From the NCBI GenBank assembly GCA_964016885.1, contig OZ024742.1, positions 249,860,001-249,924,000 of the forward strand: a DNA stretch of 64,000 nt, written 5' to 3'. The stretch comes from Eledone cirrhosa. Its lineage: Eukaryota. Positions within the stretch are counted from its first letter, which is position 1. Every line of letters begins with the position of its first letter. The notes under the pieces were generated by a model, which worked only from the letters and a program-made list of their open reading frames with translations, ran no database searches and was not told where the DNA came from. Of the stretch, positions 39,339-49,269 are shown in pieces. A program made the position numbers and the translations under genes.

Positions 39339-41045
39339 TTACCGTACTTTTGGTAGAGGAGGGATGGTTTTTACATCCCTTTTCACTTGATCGTCTGGTG
39401 AAGGGACCGTTGAATCGTCCCTTCGGCTGGTCGTCGGCTCTTCTAAGAGAATGTCTGAATATACTCTTCGATTGATGGTTCCTCCTAGGTCCCTGAAATC
39501 ACCAACTGCGTTGGGGAATTTCGTTTTAATGTTTGTGTATTGTTTCTGTGCTATTTTTAGCAGTCTTATGTTAGTTGGCGTTTTGATTGGTGCTGGTATT
39601 ATGTAGTCCTGTTGTGAAATGTCTGTGTGTTCAATTATGTAAGTCATTAGTTTCTTGTTGTGTGTATTTATTGCCGTGCATTTGTTTTTCTGGGGGTGGG
39701 GTGTGGTTCTGCTATTTTCTTGTCGTTGTTGCTGGGTGTGTGTGTTTTGTTGTTGTGTTTGCGATGTTGGTGCTTGTGGTGGTGGTGTTGAAGGTGTTGT
39801 TGGCGGTGGGGTTGTCGCCGGTGGTGATGGTGGTGCTAGTGTGGGTGGTGATGGTGTTGGTGGTGTTGCTGCTGTGGGTCTCTTTGCAGTAGACTTTACC
39901 CTTTTCTAATTTCTTTCCTCCCTTTTCAAAGGCGACGATGCGCTGCTTCTGCGTTTGTGCCTTCTTACGACCTTTTGCCATCCCTCTCCCACCTCACACT
40001 TCATGTCTGATTCTGTGAGGTCGGGGAGGGGTACCAGCTCCACTCTTTCACTAGTTCTTGTTGGTGATTTTTTACAGTGGAGTCTCTGTTGCAGCTGCGG
40101 TTGGTATTACTGTTGTTGTTGCTAATAATTCCACAGGACCTAGCCTTCCTGCTTGCCGCCTGTCCTGTTGCTGGTAGCAGTAGAGCCGGTTTCGATAGGA
40201 GAGGGGGTTCTCCTTTCTCAGGGTCTTCTCATTGCAGAAGGCCCTGAGGTGAGTCTTCGACCCACAGCTAAAGCATTTCAGGCGTTTGCCCTCAACACTT
40301 ATGTGAAGTTGAATGCCGTTATCGAAGTCTATCACATCTGGGATAGCTTCGATGCACTCCTGGTTGGTTTGAATTAACATCTCAGTGGAGGCGCCGACCC
40401 AGTCTTCTCGTACTTATTTCTGTACTGGCACTACGGTTGTTTTGTCCTCGATTCCGACGAGGACAGACGCGGCCAGCCAAGAAGGGGCCATCCGGGGGGG
40501 GGGGGGGGACTTGGGTCAGTTTGAACCTCACAATTTTTTGCCCGCAGTAGGAGGGCACCAACACCATTTCCTCGCTCCTTAGGGTCACTAAGGATTGAGC
40601 CTTTGCCTCCTGGGGTGTGACAAAAAGCACATCCATGGTGGCATATTTCTTGCCTCTGGTGATATGCGTATTCCGCTGCCACACAGACCCTAAGGCTTTT
40701 TGTATTTGAGCCTCTGTGGATCTTTCAACCCTACGTGATTTTGTGCTTACTGTACGGTACGTGACCGTACAGTGCTGTTGGGTTTCGAAAAATTCCGCGG
40801 CTGCCTCGCAGATTGCTCGGTGTCCGGTTTTCGTCACCATCTTCTTTGCTTCCTGTAATTCCTCATTTGTTATAAGGATGGTTTCCAGGTTATTTGCGAT
40901 ACCTGCAAACCAGATTGGTTTTTCTTTCTTGTTGTTGTTGTTGTCGTCAGAGCTGCTGTTACTTTTGTTGTGGCTGCTGGTATTACGACCACCGCCGCCG
41001 CTGTTGCTGTTGTTGTTGTTGTTGCTGGTGTTTCTGCTGTTGTTG

Positions 41046-41081
<36 letters not shown>

Positions 41082-41467
41082 TTGTTGCTGTTGCTGCTGC
41101 TGATGTTGTTGCGGCTGCTACTAGTATTTTTCTCGCCAATGTTGCTGCTGGTACTGTTATTACGGCTGCTGCTGCTATTCTTCATGAAGTCAGACGAATG
41201 AAATGGCTTTCCGTATTTACCGCACACATCTTTCGTCGTCGTGGAGAAATGTTTCACGGCACGCGCGTTCTCTTGATGAAGAACACTATGAGAAACTACA
41301 TTTTTCTTTTTCTTTAATGTTGCCGCTTGCGAAAGAGGCGACAGAGGCGACACCACATTTAGAGAAGGGAGGGAGAGAAACAATATTTTCTCTGACGTAA
41401 TGACGATTGAGGAAGAAGAAGACGGAAGGAGTGGGAGTGACTTGTGAACATTCTTTTTTGTGGCCAC
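39339..41467 (-). pseudogene. Copy B ORF1, fragmented
   Basis: Pieces of 361, 102 and 102 aa homologous to ORF1 of A and C; CFSCGSKTHLRAFC. Confidence 0.8.
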
Positions 41468-41683
41468 ATTTTTTTTTACGGTTTAAAATGAATATTGGCC
41501 ACAAATCCCCAATAACTGGTTATTTAACCCCGAAGGGCCAAATAACGGGCAGAAAGACCCCTCTCACGGTGAGGAGGGTGTCTCTATCTACAATTTAGTT
41601 CAAGTTTTAAACAATTTATAATTGTTATAACGGTTAAAAATTATAATACCTTACAGAGCGGAGCCGCCGTCGATATGGCATTC

Positions 41684-41725
41684 AATAATAATAATAATAA
41701 TAATGATAATAATAATAATAATAAT
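41684..41725 (+). repeat. (AAT)7 GAT (AAT)6 spacer between copies B and C
   Basis: Direct reading. Confidence 0.95.
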
Positions 41726-41988
41726 GATTTCTTTATTAACCACAAGGGTTTACATAAAGTAGACATTAAGGACAGTGCAGGACAATGCAGGACGGTACAA
41801 ATGGGCATTTCTGCGTGTAAAAAAAACAAAAACAGAGGATGTAACAAAAATAACAATGAAAATAACAATGAAAAATTCCCCAATAGGGGGGAGACTTCGG
41901 AGGGACATTTGTGGAGAAAGCCCAGTAAAAAGCCACAATGACCCTGACCACCAAGGCAAGTGCCCTCTCCCAGTTTTCCACCTTTAGT

Positions 41989-44900
41989 TTACAGATATAT
42001 ACTCAGAGTCGGCCCATTCACTCGGGCCATTCTTGCTTCTCTCACCCATCTTTCAACAAAATGCTGGGAAGAGAGCACTTCCTTCTCTACTCTGATTTTC
42101 CTTTTCAAATGAAATTTGAAAAAGTCAATCAGAGCATCACCGAAGAGGTAAGTGCTCGTCTTCAGCCCTTTCAAACGTGTCCACCATACTATCTCTTTCG
42201 CCATGGCCACCAGACAGATAAAAACTGCCTGCCCTTCCCGGCTAAAGGAGGAGGGCGGGGCAATCCTCACGATAGACTCAGATGATAGCTGGATCCGTCC
42301 TAAACGCGACAGCAGGTGTTCGACATAAACCCACAAGTCAGCAATTTTCGGACACTGGACGAGTGCGTGCAGGACGGTTTCGTCGCCCTGCGCGCATCTC
42401 GGACATGCCCGGCTGACGGCACCTCCATGCCTGTAGAGTTTATCCCGAACTGGCAAGGCTCCTCGGTAGCACTGCCAGGCCAGAGATTTCTGGAAGTTGT
42501 CCATAGGCCCTGGCCCGAAAGTTCTTCCGAAGAGATTGGCTAGTTGATTTTCGTCGACGCCTAGAGTTTCCCCAAGTACGTCGTCGCTCTTCCCCTCCAC
42601 TAATCCTCTATAGAACGCCGAGGTGGAGTTTCCACCGATCACATTGCCCGATTGGTCGAGGGCTGTGAGCGCCTGAAGACATTCCAGTCTCCAGGCGCTC
42701 CCTCTCGGTCTTCGCTTGACCCAGGACTGCAGCTCCGTCAAGGAAACGAGCTGGGGAAAAACGCGTCTAGCAAACGGCGACCACACCTGATCACCGTCGA
42801 GGAAGAGGTGGAGATGTCGTAGCCTGAGCGCGTGCCTGCGCATCATCAGCCACGGCATGCCCAGCCCTCCACGTAGCGGGTGTTGACAACAGATGGACCG
42901 CCTGACCATCGGAGCACGTCCCTTCCACAAAAAGCGAAAGAGCAAACGCTCCAGCGCAGTCAGGCGAGGCTTAGGACAAGGTACGACGGTTAGGCGGTAG
43001 CAGATGACAGACGCGATGTACGCGTTAGCCACCTCCGCTCGACCTTTCAGGGATAGCTTCCTCTCCGCCCATTTCTGGGTGAGAGAAGCCACCCTGCTCG
43101 TCACCTCGTCCCAGTTTTTGTCCGTCTGGAGGTCCGGACCGAACCAGACCCCTAGCAATTTAACCGGTCCGTCCGTCCAGCGCCCGACGACGCTGTTGGA
43201 CGGCATGGACCTGCCTCTCCAGGTGCCGAGCTGCAGGCCCACTGACTTTTCCTGGTTGATCATTGCTCCTGTCACCGCTTCGTATTCTCTTAGTGTAGTG
43301 CCGATCGCCTCGATGTGTTTGGCGTTCGACACCACTACGGTGACATCGTCCGCATATGCTGACACGGATCTTCCGCATCCTAGTTCGCGCGGGACTCCCC
43401 TCAACGTCTCCAGTTTGTGCAGTAATGGCTCGAGAGTCAATACGTACAAGAGGGACGAGAGGGGACATCCTTGGCGGACCGAGCGCATGATGTTGAACGG
43501 TTCCGACAGGTGACCGTTCACTCTCACCACAGAGCAGATGTCGCTGTGCATGGCAGCGATCCAGCCTCTGAAGACGGGCCCAAAGCCAGCCGCCCTCAGG
43601 ACTGCCGCTAGGTAACGATGGTCGACCCTATCGAAAGCTTTCGACTGATCTAAATTGATCAAGGACCCACCCGTGCCAGGTTCCCTAGCTACCCTCTCTA
43701 CGATGTATCGCATGAGGTGGAGGTTGTCGTGGATGGATCTGTCGGGAATGGCGCATGTCTGCGCCTCTCCCACCAGACCACCAACGACAAGCGCCAACCT
43801 CTTTGCTAGCACCTTGGCCAAAATCTTAAACTCTGTGTTTAGCAGAGTTATGGGCCGGAAATTGTCTATGTTATCCCCCTTGTTCGGATCCTTTCTCAGC
43901 AGTGCCACCGCTCCTCGGCTCACAGAACTGGGAATTCTCCCGTTCTGTTGCCAGTTGCAGTAGACGTCCGCCAAGAGGCCTCCGAACAAGTCTGGCATCT
44001 GTACGTAAAGTTCATAGGGCAGACCATCCAAACCAGGCGATTTACCCCTTGTGCAGCCAGTCATTGCCTCCCTTACTTCAGCGGCTGTTATCGGCTTTTC
44101 GCAACACTTCGCCTCAGTGGCCGAGAGCCGCGGCAGTCCGTCGAGGTAGACACTAAAGTCCATCCCTCTACCCGGCCCCCCGCTGCCCCCGAACAGCTGA
44201 GCGAAGTGTCGCTGAAAAGCTTCACACATTTGCCCGGGATCGAGTAGCATGCGCCCGTCGTGGTCCACCAAAGACCGGATCGTGGCTTTGTTGCCACGAC
44301 GCGCCTCCGCCACTCGGGCCCATTGAACGGCTTTCGTCCCCTCGTGTCTGAGAGCACGCACCCTAGCTCTGACAACGCAGCCTTCGTGCTTTGCATTGAA
44401 GAATTGGTCAAGGGCCAATTTCGCCGCAAGCACGTCGGTCGCAATGCCTTTGCTAAGCGCCTCGTCTAATTTTCTAACTAGTTCTCCCTCTGCTCTATTT
44501 TTCTCTATTGCTAAAGCCTTACTAAACCTAATCGATTCTATTCTAATCGCTCTTTTCAGAGCAAACCACCACTTGTTGTTGACGATGGCCCCCGTCAACG
44601 CCCGCTTAACTAGTTCGCTAATCCGGTCTCTGTAGGCCTTGCGCGCTGGTAAGGACGCGTTTAGCTTCCAGTAGCCGGGTCCTCGTCTATGAAGCCTATC
44701 TAAGTCAAGCACACAGATCACGAATTTGTGGTCCGTGTAGCTGACTATCTTGAATTGTGGACAGCCTATGCTAGACCTATCTATTTCCCTACAAAATACT
44801 CTATCTAGATATGATCTGGATGACCCTATGCGGTTTGTCCAAGTCCACATTGGCACATTCGGGAAATCCAATCGGTACCTGTCAGACAGTTCAAAACGCC

Positions 44901-45408
44901 TGAGCAGGTTGGTGAGGCTCTTGCACCCTCCACCCCTATCCGCTAATCCCACACAGTCCCAGCGTGCATCTAAGATCCCGTTCCAGTCGCCCACTAACAC
45001 TAAAGAGCGCGACGTTCCAAGAAAGGTCTCCAGACGCCGGAAGAAATCAGGCCGCCCTGCTCCTGTCGGGGCATAGACGGCCACTAGCCTGAAAGCTTGC
45101 CCGTCTCCGCTGGTCACGTCCAGCACCACCAGCTTACCCTCTGGGTCCAGGAAGATGGCCCGTATGGCGAGATCCAAACCTCTCCGAAAAAGCACAGCAA
45201 CTCCTCCACCCGATCCAGGACGGCTGGGAGATGCGTACACATCGTAGCCGCCGAAGATCGGTGCGAAGGCCCGTGCTTCGGAGATTCTGGTCTCGCTGAT
45301 GGCCACTACATCTATGTTTAGTGACCTGAGGTCGTTGAGCAGGTGACCCTGCTTCCATGACGACCCCAAGCCACGCGCATTTATGCTGCCTATTCTGAGT
45401 GAGGTCAT
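41989..45408 (-). CDS. ORF2: AP-like endonuclease + reverse transcriptase + C-terminal CCHC
   Basis: Intact 1139 aa; SINARGL, ISET, VYAP, GDWN, YLDR, TDH (APE); GKSPGLDG, FRPITLLN, QGCPLS, YADD (RT); CPRC..ET..H...C; GPGYWKLN and GGLG motifs typical of Tx1/L1. Confidence 0.95.
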   Translation of the reverse strand: MTSLRIGSINARGLGSSWKQGHLLNDLRSLNIDVVAISETRISEARAFAPIFGGYDVYASPSRPGSGGGVAVLFRRGLDLAIRAIFLDPEGKLVVLDVTSGDGQAFRLVAVYAPTGAGRPDFFRRLETFLGTSRSLVLVGDWNGILDARWDCVGLADRGGGCKSLTNLLRRFELSDRYRLDFPNVPMWTWTNRIGSSRSYLDRVFCREIDRSSIGCPQFKIVSYTDHKFVICVLDLDRLHRRGPGYWKLNASLPARKAYRDRISELVKRALTGAIVNNKWWFALKRAIRIESIRFSKALAIEKNRAEGELVRKLDEALSKGIATDVLAAKLALDQFFNAKHEGCVVRARVRALRHEGTKAVQWARVAEARRGNKATIRSLVDHDGRMLLDPGQMCEAFQRHFAQLFGGSGGPGRGMDFSVYLDGLPRLSATEAKCCEKPITAAEVREAMTGCTRGKSPGLDGLPYELYVQMPDLFGGLLADVYCNWQQNGRIPSSVSRGAVALLRKDPNKGDNIDNFRPITLLNTEFKILAKVLAKRLALVVGGLVGEAQTCAIPDRSIHDNLHLMRYIVERVAREPGTGGSLINLDQSKAFDRVDHRYLAAVLRAAGFGPVFRGWIAAMHSDICSVVRVNGHLSEPFNIMRSVRQGCPLSSLLYVLTLEPLLHKLETLRGVPRELGCGRSVSAYADDVTVVVSNAKHIEAIGTTLREYEAVTGAMINQEKSVGLQLGTWRGRSMPSNSVVGRWTDGPVKLLGVWFGPDLQTDKNWDEVTSRVASLTQKWAERKLSLKGRAEVANAYIASVICYRLTVVPCPKPRLTALERLLFRFLWKGRAPMVRRSICCQHPLRGGLGMPWLMMRRHALRLRHLHLFLDGDQVWSPFARRVFPQLVSLTELQSWVKRRPRGSAWRLECLQALTALDQSGNVIGGNSTSAFYRGLVEGKSDDVLGETLGVDENQLANLFGRTFGPGPMDNFQKSLAWQCYRGALPVRDKLYRHGGAVSRACPRCAQGDETVLHALVQCPKIADLWVYVEHLLSRLGRIQLSSESIVRIAPPSSFSREGQAVFICLVAMAKEIVWWTRLKGLKTSTYLFGDALIDFFKFHLKRKIRVEKEVLSSQHFVERWVREARMARVNGPTLSIYL

Positions 45409-45443
45409 GTTTAAAATAGAGTGGAAAAGATGGGAAAGACCAC

Positions 45444-47544
45444 TTACCGTATTTTTGGTAGAGGAGGGATGGTTTTTACATCCCTTTTCACTTGATCGTC
45501 TGGTGAAGGGACCGTTGAATCGTCCCTTCGGCTGGTCGTCGGCTCTTCTAAGAGAATGTCTGAATATACTCTTCGATTAATGGTTCCTCCTAGGTCCCTG
45601 AAATCACCAACTGCGTTGGGGAATTTCGTTTTAATGTTTGTGTATTGTTTCTGTTCTATTTTTAGCAGTCTTATGTTAGTTGGCGTTTTGATTGGTGCTG
45701 GTATTATGTAGTCCTGTTGTGAAATGTCTGTGTGTTCAATTATGTAAGTCATTAGTTTCTTGTTGTGTGTGTTTATTGCCGTGCATTTGTTTTTCTGGGG
45801 GTGGGGTGTGGTTCTGCTATTTTCTTGTCGTTGTTGCTGGGTGTGTGTGTTTTGTTGTTGTGTTTGCGATGTTGGTGCTTGTGGTGGTGGTGTTGAAGGT
45901 GTTGTTGGCGGTGGGGGTTGTCGCCGGTGGTGATGGTGGTGCTGGTGTGGGTGGTGATGGTGTTGGTGGTGTTGCTGCTGTGGGTCTCTTTGCAGTAGAC
46001 TTTACCCTTTTCTCATTTCTTTCCTCCCTTTTCAAAGGCGACGATGCGCTGCTTCTGCGTTTGTGCCTTCTTGAGACCTTTTGCCATCCCTCTCCCACCT
46101 CACACTCCATGTCTGATTCTGTAAGGTCGGGGAGGGGTACCAGCTCCACTCTTTCACTTGTTGTTGTTGGTGATGTTTGCACTGGAGTCTCTGTTGCAGC
46201 TGCATTTGGTATTGCTGTTGTTGTTGTTAATATTTCCACTGCTGCTGCTGTCTTTGATTTCCGTGGAGTGGGTATGGGTGCCACGGACCTATCGTTCCTG
46301 GTTGCCGCTTGTCCTGTTGCTGGTAGCCGTGGAACCGGATTCGGGAGGAGGGGGGTTTTCTCCTTTCTCAGGGTCTTCTCGTTGCAGAAGGCCCTGAGGT
46401 GAGTCTTCGATCCACAGCGAAAGCATTTCGGGCGTTTGCCCTCAACACTTATGGGCAGTTGAGTGCCGTTATCGAAGTCTATCACATCCGGGATAGCTTC
46501 GATGCACTCCTGGTTGGTTTGGATTAGCATCTCAATGGAGGAGCCGACCCAATCTTCTCTTACTTTTTTCTGTACTTGCAGTACAGTTGTTTTGTCCTCG
46601 ATTCCGACGAGGACAGACGCGGCCAGCCAAGAAGGGGTCATTCCGGGGGGGACGTGGGTCAGTTTGACCCTCACAATTTTTTGCCCGCAGTAGGAGGGCA
46701 CCAACACCATTTCCTCGCTCCTTAGGGTCACTACTGATTGGGCCTTTGCCTCCTGGGGTGTGGCAAAAAGTACGTCTACGGTGGCGTATTTTTTGCCTCG
46801 GGTGATGTGCGTTTTCCTCTGCCACACAGACCCCAAGGCTTTTTGTATTTGGGCCTCTGTGGCTCTTTCCACCCTACGGGATTTTGTACTTACTGTACGG
46901 TACGTGACCGTACAGTGCTCTTGGGTTTCGAAAAAATTTTTCGCTGCCTTGCAGATTGCTCGGTGTCCGTTCTTTGTCACCATCTTCTTCGCTTCCTCTA
47001 ATTCCTCATTTGTTATGAGGATTGTTTCCAGGTTTTTCGCAATACCTGCAAATGAGATTGGTTTTTCTCTGCTGTTGTTGTTGTCGTCAGAGCTGCTGGT
47101 ACTTTTGTTGTTGCTGCAGGTACTACGACTACTGCCTCCGCCGCTGTTGCTGTGGTTGTTGTTGGTGTTGCTGCTGCTAATGCTGTTGTTGTTTATGCTG
47201 CTGGTGATGCTGTTGCGGCTGCTACTGTTGTTTTCATTGTCACTGTTGCTGTTGTTATTACGGCTGCTACTGCTATTATTCCTGACGTCAGACGAATGAA
47301 CTGGGTTTTCGTATTTCCCGCACACCTGTTTCGTCGCTGTCGTCGTCGTCGTGGAGAAACCTTGCACGCTTTGCACGAGACTTTTCTTTTCTTTCGTCGC
47401 TTGCGAAAGAGAAGGTAGGGAGAGAGACACATTTAAAGAAGGGAGGGAGAGAGACAATCTTCTCTCTCCTGTAGTGATGATTGAGGAAGAAGAAGACGGA
47501 ATGAGTGGGAGTGACGTATGAAATTTTTTTTTTTTGGTAGCCAT
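45444..47544 (-). CDS. ORF1, gag-like with one CCHC zinc knuckle (~700 aa; one +1 frameshift in a G-run near 45915)
   Basis: MATKKK start, Asn/Ser-rich tract, C-X2-C-X4-H-X4-C, basic patch, Thr/Pro-rich region; C-terminal part in the 45444-45752 frame. Confidence 0.8.
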
Positions 47545-47784
47545 GTTTTTTTGTTTAAAATGAAATTTTGGGTACAAAACCCCAATAACTGGCTATTTAA
47601 CCCCGAAGGGCCAAATAACGGACAGAAAGACCCCTCTCACGAGGAGGAGGGTGTCTTTATCAACAATTTGGTTCAAGTTTTAAACAATTTACAATTGTTT
47701 TAACGGTTAAAAATTACTATACCTTACAGAGCCGAGCCTCCGTCAACCATGGCATTCAATAATAATAATAATAATAATAATAAT

Positions 47785-47994
47785 TCATTCTACTATAAGC
47801 ACAAGGACAGCAATTTTGGGTCGGGGAAAATTAAATCAACCCCAGTGCAATGCTGGTGCTTTATTTATCAACCCCGCAAATTTGAAAGGCAAAATTAAAC
47901 TCGGCGAAATTTGAACTCAGAACGTAAAGGGACACAACTCTAAGTTGCAAAGCATTTGGTCCGATGCTCTACCGATACTGTCAATTCACCACCC
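47785..47994 (-). mobile_element. Older tRNA-derived SINE whose tail abuts the (AAT)9 flank of copy C
   Basis: Family head, B box GAGTTCAAATT, tail CCTTGTGCTTATAGTAGAATGA(ATT)n. Confidence 0.8.
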
Positions 47995-48013
47995 TCATCA
48001 ACCGCAAAATAAT

Positions 48014-48170
48014 GATTTCTAGTATAGGCACAAGGCAATGCTGGTGCTTTATTTCTCGACACCATAAATTTGAAGAGTTAAGCTAACCTCGGCGGAATTT
48101 AAATTCTTAACGTAAATGGTCGTAACACTATGCCACAAATCATGTTGTCCGACGCTCTACCGATATTACC
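48014..48170 (-). mobile_element. Second tandem SINE copy
   Basis: Tail CCTTGTGCCTATACTAGAAATC ATTATT; family body. Confidence 0.75.
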
Positions 48171-48288
48171 AATAATAATTATTATTATACTAATATTACA
48201 ATTGTATACATATATATAGATATGTGTGTGTGTGTGTGTGCATGTTTGTGTGTGTCTGTGTGTGTGTGTGTGTGCCTCTGTGTGTGTG

Positions 48289-48970
48289 TGTATTGTAATT
48301 TCGTATTTCTAAAGAAATACGGTATGTTTATATGTAAACATTTAGAAAGCCATAGTTATGCAAAACCCCGAGGCTATCGCCCCCTGTAGGTGTCCAGCAG
48401 AAGCAAGTGGGGGGGGGGGGGTAACAATCGTCGATGCATTTTGAACTTAACTCGTTTCCATATCAGGACTATCCTTCCCACTCTTGCGACTGCTGGACTT
48501 GAAACTTGAAAACAGGCGGCAAAACTACGGCTTTCTAATTTTTTACCTATAAACACACCGTATTTCTTTAGAAATACGAATTTACAATACATATCTGTAT
48601 ACAGCTATACATGAAGCTAAATCCTAGTTCTATTCTATTATAAGTTGAGCCAACTTATGCAGTTCATATGCAAATGAGATTAATCACCTCATTTTACACA
48701 GACGAATATATACCATAAATTCTCGCCTGTTTTCAAGTCCAGCAGTCGCAAGTGGGAGAGATCGTCCTGATGAGAAACCACTTAAGTTCGAAATGCATCA
48801 ACGATTGTCCCCGTTGCTTCAGCTGAACACCACCAGAGTTTGATAGCTCCGGTGTTTTGCATAGCTACGGCTTTCTAAATGTTTACCCATAAACATACCG
48901 TATTTCTTTATAAATACGAAATTACAATATATATCTGTATACAGTTATGCATGAAGCAAAATCCAAGTTC

Positions 48971-48975
<5 letters not shown>
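48289..48975 (+). mobile_element. Small hammerhead-containing element (~340-bp monomer, terminal direct repeat, inverted 5' block)
   Basis: Direct repeat ~48519-48641 / 48859-48975; 48289-48518 is an inverted copy of ~48724-48930; hammerhead at 48761-48805. Confidence 0.7.
48761..48805 (+). ncRNA. Type I minimal hammerhead ribozyme motif
   Basis: ATCGTC CTGATGA GAA...TTC GAAA TGCA TC AACGAT; the inverted copy has GACGAT, which restores the first stem I pair. Confidence 0.7.
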
Positions 48976-49030
<55 letters not shown>

Positions 49031-49177
49031 GTCGTTTAGACATTATTGCATATAATATATGACATATAATATAGAGAGTTTAACCTGTCATCTTAATTAG
49101 ATATTGTCGTAGCATCGATAAAGCACACAAAAACACACACACGAACACATATATATATACACACAAATGTGTGTTTG

Positions 49178-49269
<92 letters not shown>

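Larger units (their letters stand above)
35634..41683 (-). mobile_element. Tx1-like LINE, full-length copy B (disrupted, divergent 5' part)
   Basis: Same termini; ORF2 split into 530/393/230-aa pieces; ORF1 5' half clearly diverged from A and C. Confidence 0.9.
41726..47757 (-). mobile_element. Tx1-like LINE, full-length copy C (ORF2 intact)
   Basis: ~213-bp 5' UTR, ORF1, short spacer, ORF2, ~263-bp 3' UTR; followed by (AAT)9 at 47758-47784. Confidence 0.92.

Noticed and set aside
40894-41103. Poly-Cys ORF
   Set aside because: Opposite strand of the AAC/AGC tract of ORF1.
29801-47418. Plus-strand ORFs repeated three times inside the Tx1-like copies
   Set aside because: They are antisense shadows of GC-rich ORF1/ORF2 and recur only because the element is repeated.
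29573-47784. LTR retrotransposon or segmental duplication reading of the array
   Set aside because: No LTRs, protease or integrase; units end exactly at LINE termini with variable AAT spacers, and the middle copy is the divergent one.
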